Positions 1 to 9,100 of a DNA stretch of 64,000 nt are shown in pieces (positions within the stretch are counted from its first letter, which is position 1; each line of letters starts with the position of its first letter). The DNA comes from a virus. Made by a program: the position numbers and the translations under genes. The stretch is taken from positions 6,384-70,383 of the IMG/VR virus record IMGVR_UViG_3300046005_001513. One strand, given 5' to 3'. The notes under the pieces were generated by a model. It made no database searches. It saw nothing but the letters and a program-made list of their open reading frames with translations, and was not told the origin of the DNA.

Positions 1-1
1 C

Positions 2-145
2 TACGCTGTAGTCATTATTGATGGGTTACGTCACATCATTACGAATAACGGTAAGATGTACGCTTCAAAGACGACTATTAAAAAGTGGATTAAAGAACAC
101 AGGGCTGTTTTTAAACATGAAGAATATGAGTGCCTTTCATCTTAA
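2..145 (+). CDS. hypothetical protein, 5'-truncated at window edge
   Basis: Open frame from window start to TAA at 143-145, same strand as neighbours. Confidence 0.55.
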   Translation, partial: YAVVIIDGLRHIITNNGKMYASKTTIKKWIKEHRAVFKHEEYECLSS

Positions 146-173
146 AGTTTAGAGTTTAGAGTTTAGAGTTTAG
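146..173. repeat. tandem repeat (AGTTTAG)x4
   Basis: Four perfect 7-bp units read directly. Confidence 0.95.
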
Positions 174-229
174 TCCCTGTGACAGGGGGACTACGCCCTA
201 CATTCTGTAGGAAGTACCCCAAAGGGTAC
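171..229 (+). promoter_or_regulatory. three consecutive short hairpins upstream of early gene
   Basis: TAGTCCCT..GGGGACTA, CCTACA-TTC-TGTAGG, AGTACCC-CAAA-GGGTACT; related element at 1684-1717. Confidence 0.5.
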
Positions 230-254
230 TTTAAATTTAAATTGGAGTTATATC

Positions 255-671
255 ATGGCTAATTGGTACGGTGCGGCAAGAAGTAATTATGTTTCAATCA
301 CAGACGTTGAAGCAGTGGAAGCGATTGTTTCGCCTTTTGGTATTGAGATGAGTCAAGGCGAAAATGATAAATGGGCGTTCTTTCCATCAAACGACACGGA
401 TGGTGATTTCAACTACAGCACGGAAGATGAGGATGGTGACGAGATTGAGTTTGCTTGGGACGAAGTGATGGCGTATGTTCCTGAAGGGGAAGTTCTTGTT
501 GTAATGTGTAGTGGGGCGGAGAAACTTCGGTTTATAACTGGGGAGGCTTTTGCAATTTGCAGGAAGGGTGCTGAGGTCAACTACACATGCCTTCGTTTGT
601 ATGACATTTACAAACAAGCTGCAACTAATTTCAATGTTGACATACAAACAATCAGCGTAGCGGAGTATTGA
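255..671 (+). CDS. acidic phage hypothetical protein
   Basis: 138 aa, GGAG RBS. Confidence 0.85.
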   Translation: MANWYGAARSNYVSITDVEAVEAIVSPFGIEMSQGENDKWAFFPSNDTDGDFNYSTEDEDGDEIEFAWDEVMAYVPEGEVLVVMCSGAEKLRFITGEAFAICRKGAEVNYTCLRLYDIYKQAATNFNVDIQTISVAEY

Positions 672-672
672 G

Positions 673-975
673 ATGAAAAAACTATTAAACTTTTTGGTGG
701 CGATGGAAATCCTAGCCACAGCGCATGATGAAGCACTTGTTGACCTAAGATTCGAGCCTAACCACAACGAGTATTTCGTTGAGGCTTTTGATGGTGAAGT
801 ATGGTGGGAAATCACCAACATATGGGCAGATTTCACGGATGGGGATGACAACCAGTATTTTGCTTGGTGTTCAGATGCTGATGGCGAATTTGTGAAAGAC
901 ATCCTTGTAATCCCAAACACATTGCGTGTAAGGGATTGGGAATCTGATGAGTGTGTTTATTTTGGTGGTCAATAA
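673..975 (+). CDS. acidic hypothetical protein
   Basis: 100 aa, RBS, tightly coupled to upstream gene. Confidence 0.8.
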   Translation: MKKLLNFLVAMEILATAHDEALVDLRFEPNHNEYFVEAFDGEVWWEITNIWADFTDGDDNQYFAWCSDADGEFVKDILVIPNTLRVRDWESDECVYFGGQ

Positions 976-1004
976 TTAACTTTCAATTTAATAGGAGAAT
1001 ATTT

Positions 1005-1436
1005 ATGTTTGTTCCATCGTGTGAAGTAAAAGATAAAGGTGAAATCGAACTTTGGAGATTCTTCGATTACGAAGAATTTATTGAGGACGTAGGTGAAGAC
1101 CACGAGGTCCTGAGCGTGTTCCAAGTCCCAGACGGAATGTGGAATGATGGCAGGTTAGACCCAGACTTTTGGGAATTTATGAAAGTAGTTGAAGAATCCA
1201 GCTATGAGCAGGCTGAGGCAGGCTACGAACTGGGAATCCAATTCGACAAGATAAATAGGGCTTGTCGTGGGCATTTTGGGTCAGATAGATCATTTGCTCA
1301 AAGTATGCTGTATGACGAGTTTGAAGCGATGTCACCAGCCTTTCAGTGTGCAGTTGATTGGGACTTGGTTTGGAGCAGGTCACTAACCGTTAGCTATACA
1401 GAGCAGAACCACTACTATTTTAGAAGTGACTGGTAA
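1005..1436 (+). CDS. ArdA-like antirestriction (DNA mimic) protein
   Basis: Very acidic; C-terminal GHFGSDRSFAQ..AVDWDLVW..NHYYFR resembles the ArdA C-terminal domain; start moved to AGGAG-supported ATG. Confidence 0.65.
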   Translation: MFVPSCEVKDKGEIELWRFFDYEEFIEDVGEDHEVLSVFQVPDGMWNDGRLDPDFWEFMKVVEESSYEQAEAGYELGIQFDKINRACRGHFGSDRSFAQSMLYDEFEAMSPAFQCAVDWDLVWSRSLTVSYTEQNHYYFRSDW

Positions 1437-1453
1437 AAACTTGGAGAATAACA

Positions 1454-1684
1454 ATGTTATATGCTAAACGAGTAAAAGAAGACGTGGCTATCTTGTACTG
1501 CTACGAGGATATTGTGGGAACAATTAACCTTGATGGTGCTGTCACTGTGCACTTGAGGAATGTGGGGAACTACATGCACCTATTGCCCTTGATTACCTAC
1601 GTTTTGACCACTGCATGGTCAAATTACATGTACATAACACCATCAGGTGTAGTGTATGGGGTAGATGAATTGATTGGTGAATAA
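1454..1684 (+). CDS. hypothetical protein
   Basis: 76 aa, GGAG RBS. Confidence 0.75.
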   Translation: MLYAKRVKEDVAILYCYEDIVGTINLDGAVTVHLRNVGNYMHLLPLITYVLTTAWSNYMYITPSGVVYGVDELIGE

Positions 1685-1738
1685 GTACCCAAAGCCCTAC
1701 AAATTCCTTGTAGGGCTAATTAACTAGGAGTTACAAAA

Positions 1739-2677
1739 ATGAGTAAGATCGAAAATTTTGGGCAAGCGTTGCCACCTGTAACAAGAAACGTGGCGCGTAA
1801 AGTTGCTACAGTAAAAACGCCAAGAGTTGTTAAGCCTGTGCAGTTCACTTGTTACCGACACACCTCCACTGGTGTGTGTTTCATAAGCAAAAAGGGTGAT
1901 AGTATTCACCGCAGGTTATTTGAGGGGAGTAGTTTCAAGGAATGCCAGAATTATTTGTACTCAGATGATGGTTATGCTGAGTTGTGTGTTCGTTGGGACA
2001 TAATAAAAGAACAGGATAACGTGTCTGACTCTGATGTACGAACTGACTCAGAAAGCATAAACACTTGGGATAAGTGGGAGTTAGATGGGTTGACAGTTGA
2101 GCGTTTTCACCGTACATTCCCTTTCCGTGGAGTCGAGTTCGGGGATTGGGTTTCAGAAACTGAGCGCAGAAATTTCTTACAGAAAACGTTTGTTGCCTTA
2201 TGCGACTTGGAAGCCTTGATTGGTAAGTTGCCATTGGAAGGCTTGGGCATTGCGTTTGGGGATCGTGGAGCTGGTCGTAAGGCTTCAGCCCATTACGAAC
2301 CCACAAATCATGTAATCAATCTCACAAAACGAACAGGGGCTGGGTCGTTGGCGCATGAGCTTTTCCACAGCATGGATACAGATGACCAGTATTCAACGCA
2401 AGTAATGGGCTATGTGCCACGTTCTTTCCTTGACCGATGCCAACGCATGGACAAGTCCAGAAGTAAGGCTTACTGGGCAACAAAAAGGGAGATAGGGGCG
2501 CGTGTGTTCGAGTCATGGGTTAAGGATAAGATGGAGGAACAAGGATTTGTGAACGAGTTCTTAGTCAACATCATTTCGTTAAATGAGTTCTCAAAGAACA
2601 AAGGGATGTACCCATACTTGCTAGAAAGTGAGAAGGCTTTTGTTTATAAGTATTTGGATGGGAAGTTTTTATGTTAG
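1739..2677 (+). CDS. LPD1 (large polyvalent protein-associated domain 1)-like protein with HExxH
   Basis: FRGVEFGDWV, LGIAFGDRG, AHYEP, GAGSLAHELFHSMD, YWATKREIGARVFES. Confidence 0.75.
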   Translation: MSKIENFGQALPPVTRNVARKVATVKTPRVVKPVQFTCYRHTSTGVCFISKKGDSIHRRLFEGSSFKECQNYLYSDDGYAELCVRWDIIKEQDNVSDSDVRTDSESINTWDKWELDGLTVERFHRTFPFRGVEFGDWVSETERRNFLQKTFVALCDLEALIGKLPLEGLGIAFGDRGAGRKASAHYEPTNHVINLTKRTGAGSLAHELFHSMDTDDQYSTQVMGYVPRSFLDRCQRMDKSRSKAYWATKREIGARVFESWVKDKMEEQGFVNEFLVNIISLNEFSKNKGMYPYLLESEKAFVYKYLDGKFLC

Positions 2678-2937
2678 GGCGTAGGTTATACAAACAAGGT
2701 GGAGTTCAGCTCCTCGTAGTAACGGAGACTTTGCAATCGGATGTGAAGAAGAGTTACAAGATATTACGTGGTGGCAAGTGGTACAGGTTGCATGAGGGAT
2801 GGATTGAGAAGAGTGGTGAGACGATTGCTGAAATCATGAAGTACCCTGAAGGGTACATTGTTCATGAAGAAAGTTCAGAAAGTGTTGCTTGGATTAACAA
2901 GTATGACCTGCCTGGTGCAGAAGTTGAGGAGATGTAG
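2671..2937 (+). CDS. hypothetical protein
   Basis: 88 aa, coupled to upstream gene. Confidence 0.65.
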   Translation: MLGRRLYKQGGVQLLVVTETLQSDVKKSYKILRGGKWYRLHEGWIEKSGETIAEIMKYPEGYIVHEESSESVAWINKYDLPGAEVEEM

Positions 2938-2938
2938 A

Positions 2939-3106
2939 ATGGCGTTATTGATTTTGATAAGTGCGGTAACAACGTACAGTAGTTTAGGATCGCCGCACAT
3001 AAATTATGTGGCGAGTGTTGAGAGAGTTCACTACAAGGACTGTCTTGTAATCAAGAAAGCTGCGCCGAAGCAGCACGTTGTTACTTGTTTGAAGGAGTCA
3101 AAATGA
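2939..3106 (+). CDS. small hypothetical protein, hydrophobic N-terminus
   Basis: RBS-supported ATG inside ORF 2858..3106. Confidence 0.55.
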   Translation: MALLILISAVTTYSSLGSPHINYVASVERVHYKDCLVIKKAAPKQHVVTCLKESK

Positions 3107-3273
3107 GTCAGCACTTGATATGTGACATCATTTTCAATTACGAGAATGAGTGGACGATTGATGACATCATTGACGTTGCGAATAGGGATTTCAAAAGAAA
3201 GATTACGTCTGAGCAAGTGCAACAGGCGATTGAGTTTTTAACTGAAAGAGGATGTATTGATGCCAACGATTAA
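3103..3273 (+). CDS. small hypothetical protein
   Basis: AAGGAG RBS, ATGA overlap. Confidence 0.65.
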   Translation: MSQHLICDIIFNYENEWTIDDIIDVANRDFKRKITSEQVQQAIEFLTERGCIDAND

Positions 3274-3388
3274 GAAAGATTTCAAAGATTTACGGGTAAG
3301 TAACACTGAGTTAGATTTTCAAATGGGTTTTGTATCGGCGCTTGCTGTGATTGCTGTTGTGTTAAAGATAGCAGGGGTGTTGGTATGA
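3260..3388 (+). CDS. 42-aa membrane microprotein (not in ORF track)
   Basis: GAGG RBS, hydrophobic C-terminus, ATGA overlap with next gene. Confidence 0.55.
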   Translation: MPTIKKDFKDLRVSNTELDFQMGFVSALAVIAVVLKIAGVLV

Positions 3389-3573
3389 AGGAGTGTAATA
3401 ACTGTGGTGAGCGTAAGTCGCTTACTGAATTTAAGAGAACGATGGGTTACGTCAATTCAGTGTGTAACACGTGTTTACCGTTAATGAAAGGGAGAGTAAC
3501 AAAGCCAGGAATAAAAATAGATGTGAAGAAGTACGAGAAGTACACACAATTTTTAGTTCAACAAGGGGTATAA
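3385..3573 (+). CDS. small CxxC..CxxC zinc-finger protein
   Basis: CNNC...CNTC. Confidence 0.7.
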   Translation: MKECNNCGERKSLTEFKRTMGYVNSVCNTCLPLMKGRVTKPGIKIDVKKYEKYTQFLVQQGV

Positions 3574-3574
3574 C

Positions 3575-3964
3575 ATGAGTGCATTAAGAGCGGTAAAAGT
3601 TGAAGAAGATGTAGAATTGAAAATGATGATTGATGAATTTTCTATGTTGCACTCTCACCTTGCTGAGAGTAAGAAGCGTTATGAGTTGATGAAAAAGCAG
3701 CTTGCCGAAGCTGCAAATTCAGTACCATCAACAGAACAAAAGGTTTTAAGCGGGTTTGATTTTAGCGTAACTTTCTCAAATTCACCAGAGAATAATGTTG
3801 TACCGAAAGATGTGACAAACGAAATGTTGTTAGAACACTACGGTTTAGGTGCATTTGTCCCTTCAATTACCAAGATCAGTGTCATTGATGAGCGTGGGGA
3901 GAAGGTTAGTCTTTTGACTAAAGTGTGGGGTGGTCGTAGGTTGTTGAATGCGTTTCGGCACTAA
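3575..3964 (+). CDS. hypothetical protein, N-terminal coiled coil
   Basis: 129 aa in operon. Confidence 0.75.
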   Translation: MSALRAVKVEEDVELKMMIDEFSMLHSHLAESKKRYELMKKQLAEAANSVPSTEQKVLSGFDFSVTFSNSPENNVVPKDVTNEMLLEHYGLGAFVPSITKISVIDERGEKVSLLTKVWGGRRLLNAFRH

Positions 3965-4065
3965 ACTTAGTTTAGGCTGAGGGCTTGGGAGCCAGTTATG
4001 AAATCCATCATTGGCTTCCTTATAATCAACGTTTTGAAGTAAATATAACATTTTTTGGAGTTACC

Positions 4066-4443
4066 ATGATCAAGTTAGAATTGGGAAAGTCGTATCGTAA
4101 CAGAAAAGGCGAAATTGTCGCAATTACAGGGATTGACAGAGAGTGCCGTGCATTCCCGTTTGAGGGTAGTGACATGGGTTTATATGCAGAAGACGGGTCG
4201 TACGACGAAAATGGAGAATCCTGTCCAGATGATTTGATTGAAGAAGTAGTAGACAATCATGTTACTTTGTCATTTTCAAGGGAGGAGTTGGAATGTATGT
4301 TCAACATTGTGAACCATGTCATAGCGTGGGAAGCACCTTTGGCGTTGCAATCCCCTGATTTAGAAGACCCTGTGTACTGTTTAGCACGGGACAATTACCT
4401 TGAAGCGAAGATGGCGTTGAATGCTTTGAGAAGGGCTTGTTGA
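4066..4443 (+). CDS. phage hypothetical protein
   Basis: GGAG RBS; LELGKSYRNRKGEIV resembles N-terminus of 8750..9100. Confidence 0.75.
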   Translation: MIKLELGKSYRNRKGEIVAITGIDRECRAFPFEGSDMGLYAEDGSYDENGESCPDDLIEEVVDNHVTLSFSREELECMFNIVNHVIAWEAPLALQSPDLEDPVYCLARDNYLEAKMALNALRRAC

Positions 4444-4468
4444 CGTGGCATTATTTGTGTATTACAAT
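4440..4468 (+). promoter_or_regulatory. sigma70-like promoter
   Basis: TTGACG-17bp-TACAAT upstream of RHH/Rha genes. Confidence 0.7.
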
Positions 4469-4496
4469 AACATTACTCAGACAACCAAGGAGTTTT

Positions 4497-4679
4497 ATGA
4501 GTGAGCTAATAAAAGCTTTGATGGCAGACCCATCTAAGAAAACCCCAGAGACATTAGTATTAAGGATTCCATCCGAGATGCTTGCTGGGATTGCAGAAAT
4601 CGCAGAGAAGACTGGACACACGAAGAGCAACGTAGTGAGAACTATGATAGCCAAGTGCTTGAAGGAATTGGAAGCGTAA
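4497..4679 (+). CDS. ribbon-helix-helix (Arc/CopG-like) regulator
   Basis: TLVLRIPSEMLAGIAEIAEKTGHTKSNVVRTMI; AAGGAG RBS. Confidence 0.75.
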   Translation: MSELIKALMADPSKKTPETLVLRIPSEMLAGIAEIAEKTGHTKSNVVRTMIAKCLKELEA

Positions 4680-4733
4680 CAACCGCCCCTGCAGACACAG
4701 GGGCAATTTAAAACTTATTGCCAAAAGGCAAGG

Positions 4734-5459
4734 ATGTATAGCATGCAAAATGCGTTAAAGATTTTACCACAAACTATGTTGTCAACGGAAATTGCTGAGT
4801 TGACAGGCAAAGATAAGAGCCACGTTCACCGAGATATTCAAGTACAGTTGTTAAAAGGACTGTACGGATTAGATAATCCAGATTTGGATAATACTGATTT
4901 AAAAGGGATTTCTTCCGTAAAAGAATCAAGAGGCTTTGTGTCTTACTATGAGCTAGACAAAGAACACACGATGACGTTAATCTCTGGTTATGACGTTAAG
5001 TTGCGGCATAGAATTACCCAAAGGTGGCTAGAACTTGAGGAGACTAAACCAATGTCTCAGCTTGACATTCTTGCGGGGCAGATTCAGATAATGCAAGAGC
5101 AAGAACGCAAACTTAACAAAACGGTTGAGGATGTTAAGCAGTTGGAATCTAAAGTTGAAACTATGCAAATTGATTTACGCAACGGAGTCCCATTTGGGTG
5201 TATTGCGAAGAAGAATGCGTGGAATGTTTATTGTCCGAGTTTAGGCTATGAAACATTCAAACAAGTCATGGAACATTTCAAAGTTGAAACACAAAACTAT
5301 GTACACCATGCTGAAGGGTTTTCGACACCAACATATGCTTATGTTGAGTCCCAGATTAAAACAGCTATCAATAAGTTTATCGAAGATTTAACACAAGAAA
5401 CTAAGTGTTTCTGCCACTCTAACTTCTTGAACAAACGAGTGAAGTATTTGAAGGCGTAA
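4734..5459 (+). CDS. Rha-family phage regulatory/antirepressor-like protein
   Basis: MLSTEIAELTGKDKSHVHRDI..LISGYDVKLRHRITQRWLELE. Confidence 0.85.
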   Translation: MYSMQNALKILPQTMLSTEIAELTGKDKSHVHRDIQVQLLKGLYGLDNPDLDNTDLKGISSVKESRGFVSYYELDKEHTMTLISGYDVKLRHRITQRWLELEETKPMSQLDILAGQIQIMQEQERKLNKTVEDVKQLESKVETMQIDLRNGVPFGCIAKKNAWNVYCPSLGYETFKQVMEHFKVETQNYVHHAEGFSTPTYAYVESQIKTAINKFIEDLTQETKCFCHSNFLNKRVKYLKA

Positions 5460-5491
5460 TTCACGCTTAAACATCGAATTAAACAAAATCA

Positions 5492-5736
5492 AGGACACAC
5501 AGCTCACGGACGAGCATTAACATTGGAGATTAAGATGAAAGTAAAAATTGCAGAAGATGAGTTGTATCCGTTTTACACTTCGGGTCTTGATTACGGGGTG
5601 GAAGTGGAGGTTCCAGAAGATTTTTACGAGAGGTATAAGCGAGTAATGCGGGAGTTTGCGAGACTTCAGGGCGAGTTGGGTGAACTTTACGAAAAAGCTA
5701 CATCAAACTAGGACACACAGCTCAGGGACGAGCATT
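5492..5736 (+). repeat. 27-bp direct repeat pair (5492-5518, 5710-5736) with GCTC-ANGGAC-GAGC hairpin
   Basis: AGGACACACAGCTCA(C/G)GGACGAGCATT twice, each just before an RBS. Confidence 0.9.
5535..5711 (+). CDS. small hypothetical protein
   Basis: GGAG RBS, flanked by the direct repeats. Confidence 0.75.
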   Translation: MKVKIAEDELYPFYTSGLDYGVEVEVPEDFYERYKRVMREFARLQGELGELYEKATSN

Positions 5737-5754
5737 TAACTTTGGAGAAATAAA

Positions 5755-6255
5755 ATGATTGATGATTTAAGATTTTCAAAATTGTACGGAATATCTGTGC
5801 ATTTAGTCAGAGACTATGTAAAAAAGAATAACATTGAGACTCAAGAAGACTTGGAACAGATTCTTAACGAGAAGCTGATAGACTTACAGCCCAAGTCAGA
5901 ATCCCGTGAGGGTGTGATGTCTATTAAAGAGTATGCAAGAACCACCAACGTACTAGAGCGATTCATTACGGCGTACGTAACAAAGAGTAAGTTTGAGAAG
6001 TATGGAAAAGGATGGAATGGTACATCAATGGCATACTTGTACAGCATTGATGACTTAAAAACTATACCAGATCCAGACTATGTACCTGACGGGACAACAA
6101 TTCTCCGTAAATTTGCAAGACTCCACAACTTGAAGAGGTCCCGCGTTTACTCCAGAGTCTTTCACTCTGGTGTTGAACCTGTGGGAATTAGCGGGGTGGG
6201 GGTATATGCCTATAAAATTTCAGACTTAGAGTATTTGATGAAGGATGTAATATGA
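5755..6255 (+). CDS. hypothetical protein with repeated HTH-like units
   Basis: Three similar units (FSKLYG, EYARTT, KFARLH); resembles 28716..28874. Confidence 0.7.
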   Translation: MIDDLRFSKLYGISVHLVRDYVKKNNIETQEDLEQILNEKLIDLQPKSESREGVMSIKEYARTTNVLERFITAYVTKSKFEKYGKGWNGTSMAYLYSIDDLKTIPDPDYVPDGTTILRKFARLHNLKRSRVYSRVFHSGVEPVGISGVGVYAYKISDLEYLMKDVI

Positions 6256-7148
6256 GTAACACGATTATTAAACCAATGCGTCCAAGTGACACAATCATTG
6301 AAAAAATTCAGTACCCTGTAATTGCCCAGCCGAAAGCGGATGGAATTTGTGGTGTTACACAGCATGGTGTTGGGTATTCAAGAACGTTAAAGCCTTTTGC
6401 AAACAGATATACGCAAAAAAGTTTATCTAATGATTTGTTCAATGACTTCCATTATGAAATTTACGTTGGAAACATCACTGACCAAGATTTGTGCCGTAAC
6501 ACGACTTCTGCGCTCAATTCTCACGAAGGTGAACCAAGTATCAACTTAATGGTTTTCGACTTGCTACGGAGCAGCTTACCGTATCAAGCTAGGTTATACG
6601 AATTAGAAACTCGTCTACGCAATTTGGCGTTTGAGAATGTGAAGTTAGTCGATTGGGTTATGTGTTATTCTGAGGATCATTTACTTGATCTTGAGACGAT
6701 GTGGCTTGAGCAGGGATATGAGGGCGTGATCGTTAGAACACTTGATGGTGGGTACAAGGAAGGTAAAGTAGGAAAGACGAATCCGATTTCTACTCGTATC
6801 AAACGCTTCACAGATTCTGAAGCGGTAGTAACTGCACTTGTTGAAGCTGAAGAGAACTTGAATGAAAAGCAAATCAATGAGTTAGGAGTTAGTTTCCGAT
6901 CTTCACATCAAGAGAATAAGATTGGAAAATCTTCAGTAGGTTCGCTTATTTGTACAGACGTTTTGACTGGGAATGAAATCACAGTAGGACCAGGAGCAAT
7001 GACGCATGCTGAAAGGGATACGTTTTGGTTAAACCCAGATACGATTGTTGGCAAAACAATTAAGTACAAATCATTTATGAAGGGCGTGAAAAATTTGCCG
7101 AGATTTCCTACATATTTGTCAATTAGAGCGGACTGGGATTTACAATGA
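6252..7148 (+). CDS. ATP-dependent DNA ligase
   Basis: Motif I QPKADG, MVFD, YEGVIVR, C-terminal PRFP. Confidence 0.92.
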   Translation: MSNTIIKPMRPSDTIIEKIQYPVIAQPKADGICGVTQHGVGYSRTLKPFANRYTQKSLSNDLFNDFHYEIYVGNITDQDLCRNTTSALNSHEGEPSINLMVFDLLRSSLPYQARLYELETRLRNLAFENVKLVDWVMCYSEDHLLDLETMWLEQGYEGVIVRTLDGGYKEGKVGKTNPISTRIKRFTDSEAVVTALVEAEENLNEKQINELGVSFRSSHQENKIGKSSVGSLICTDVLTGNEITVGPGAMTHAERDTFWLNPDTIVGKTIKYKSFMKGVKNLPRFPTYLSIRADWDLQ

Positions 7149-7357
7149 AGTTACATTTAACAGCGTATCGCGTGATGGCACCGTTGAGAGCAACACGTGT
7201 AAAAACAGAGAATTATCTCAACATACATCAGTTACTAAGCCGTGCTGCACCAGATTTGGCTGATGCGGAGTTTGATGAGCTTGTTGCACAATTAACTGAT
7301 TTTTGGGAACGCTCAAGAGCTGAGTACCCCGCAATTTACTTCTGGGTTGGAGAATAA
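7145..7357 (+). CDS. hypothetical protein
   Basis: 70 aa, ATGA overlap. Confidence 0.7.
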   Translation: MKLHLTAYRVMAPLRATRVKTENYLNIHQLLSRAAPDLADAEFDELVAQLTDFWERSRAEYPAIYFWVGE

Positions 7358-7358
7358 A

Positions 7359-7481
7359 ATGAAATACACAAAAATTATGGCTGGAATGCACCACTGCAAC
7401 ACTTGTGGAGCGATTATATACATCAGCGCAGGTAATTACTGCTCATGGCGTTGTGAAGCGATTGGCGAAAGTGGAGAATAA
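7359..7481 (+). CDS. 40-aa Cys-rich microprotein (not in ORF track)
   Basis: GGAG RBS; CNTC..YCSWRC. Confidence 0.6.
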   Translation: MKYTKIMAGMHHCNTCGAIIYISAGNYCSWRCEAIGESGE

Positions 7482-7482
7482 G

Positions 7483-7593
7483 ATGAACGTAGAACATATT
7501 TTCGCAGGACTGATATTTATTCCAGTATTAGTCACAATCTGGAGCGTAACTATTTTGGTGGTTAAGTGGGCGTGGAAGGAGATAATGAGATGA
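7483..7593 (+). CDS. membrane microprotein
   Basis: RBS-supported ATG in ORF 7405..7593; single hydrophobic segment. Confidence 0.6.
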   Translation: MNVEHIFAGLIFIPVLVTIWSVTILVVKWAWKEIMR

Positions 7594-7667
7594 ACAAAGC
7601 AGATATTATGTGGTTTGTGGTGACAATCACGTTGTCATTGATTGTAACTTTTGTTTTTGGGAGATAA
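7590..7667 (+). CDS. 25-aa membrane microprotein
   Basis: MNKADIMWFVVTITLSLIVTFVFGR, bounded by a 22-bp direct repeat. Confidence 0.5.
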   Translation: MNKADIMWFVVTITLSLIVTFVFGR

Positions 7668-7671
7668 TGAG

Positions 7672-8064
7672 ATGAACAAAGAAAAGATTACAAGTTTGGT
7701 TGATTTTGTATTAGACCAACACAGAAAAGGAAATCATTTAAGAACTGAAGTTACAAAGTGGTTTGAGGAAAACCCAATCGAGCCAGTTCTTGTGGGACTT
7801 TCACAAGAACAAGTAACAGGCTTAACTGCAAAGCTGCTTGAACTAACTGATGATTGCGGCGTGCTGATAGGGGAAGCACCAGTTAGGAATTGCATTCTAA
7901 GGCTTTTAGCTTCTCAAGATTTTTCCGAACTAAGTTACAAGAACTTGGATAAGAAGGATGCTGAGATTAGGGCATTACAAGCGGCAAATAAAGTCCATGT
8001 ACAAACACATATTGAACTAAGCAAAGAGCTTGAACGATTAAATTCATTTATGAGGAAATTATGA
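7672..8064 (+). CDS. hypothetical protein
   Basis: Shares WFEEN..VGLSxEQ motif with next gene. Confidence 0.75.
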   Translation: MNKEKITSLVDFVLDQHRKGNHLRTEVTKWFEENPIEPVLVGLSQEQVTGLTAKLLELTDDCGVLIGEAPVRNCILRLLASQDFSELSYKNLDKKDAEIRALQAANKVHVQTHIELSKELERLNSFMRKL

Positions 8065-8753
8065 TGAACGAAGAACAAATTAGTGATTTAGCGAATTACA
8101 TCTGGGAAGGCGGGTTGCACCTTGCTGACATTAAGGGTTCAGTTGAACAGTGGTTCGAGGAAAACCAACAACCCGCAATGCTAAGTTCAAAAGACCTGTA
8201 CAACTTGGCGGATTTCATAAGATGCAGATACGAGTTGGATTACAGTAATCAGTACATCCAAGACGATTTGGAAACATGGTTTGGTGAAGGTATGAAGCAA
8301 GAACCCACAGTCGTTGGGCTTAGTGATGAGCAAGCAAAGAGCTTTATTAAATACTGGATGAATGATAATAGGGACGAAACAACGTGTTACAAAGAATGGG
8401 TTAAAACCCAAACATTCACACAGTCACAGCAATTTACACCTGACTGGTCAAAAATACCAGATGATTCAGCTATTGACGGATGCAAAATTGATTTAGTTTG
8501 GACTTGCTGCGGAGGGTTGATTGAAAGAGAAACTTTGGCAAAGTTTGAACGCCCTAAGCCACCAGCACCGAAAGTTGGGCAGGTTTGGATGCACAAACGA
8601 AAAGGTACAGAGTACGAAGTTTTGGGTTTTACGAGAACTGATGTTAATGGGCAATGGTCAGATTATGTCAGATACGAAGAAGTGAATGGGAATGCTGAAT
8701 ACAGCAGATTAGTTGATGTTTTCCTTACTAAATTTGAACAGGTGCAAGCATGA
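8061..8753 (+). CDS. repeat-containing protein with C-terminal DUF1653-like domain
   Basis: VGQVWMHKRKGTEYEVLG..YSRLVDVFLTKFEQV. Confidence 0.7.
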   Translation: MMNEEQISDLANYIWEGGLHLADIKGSVEQWFEENQQPAMLSSKDLYNLADFIRCRYELDYSNQYIQDDLETWFGEGMKQEPTVVGLSDEQAKSFIKYWMNDNRDETTCYKEWVKTQTFTQSQQFTPDWSKIPDDSAIDGCKIDLVWTCCGGLIERETLAKFERPKPPAPKVGQVWMHKRKGTEYEVLGFTRTDVNGQWSDYVRYEEVNGNAEYSRLVDVFLTKFEQVQA

Positions 8754-9100
8754 TTCAAGTAGGTAAAACGTACAGAACATTTGGTGGTCAGAATGTACAG
8801 ATTATGACCATGACAACTACTGCTACGGATATTGTGTTCACAGGCGATAACGGTGTTGGGTATGACAGGTTTGGCAGAACCGAGCGTGGGCATGATTTGA
8901 GTTTAATCGTCATTGAGGTTCATCCTGCTTATCCTGACAAACAACTGACGGAAAACGAGCGCGAATTACTTCAAACCTTGAAAGATTTAACCGAAGATTT
9001 TGGACTTCGTTCAGTAGGGTTAGACACTACCGACACTCGGTACAGGAAAGCGAAGGATGTAATTGCTAAGTTCAACCGCGTGGGAGAATTGCATGACTGA
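8750..9100 (+). CDS. phage hypothetical protein
   Basis: 116 aa, ATGA overlap. Confidence 0.75.
   Translation: MIQVGKTYRTFGGQNVQIMTMTTTATDIVFTGDNGVGYDRFGRTERGHDLSLIVIEVHPAYPDKQLTENERELLQTLKDLTEDFGLRSVGLDTTDTRYRKAKDVIAKFNRVGELHD

Noticed and set aside
3918-3931. Additional operator copy CTAAAGTGTGGGGT
   Set aside because: Partial match inside a coding region; could be chance
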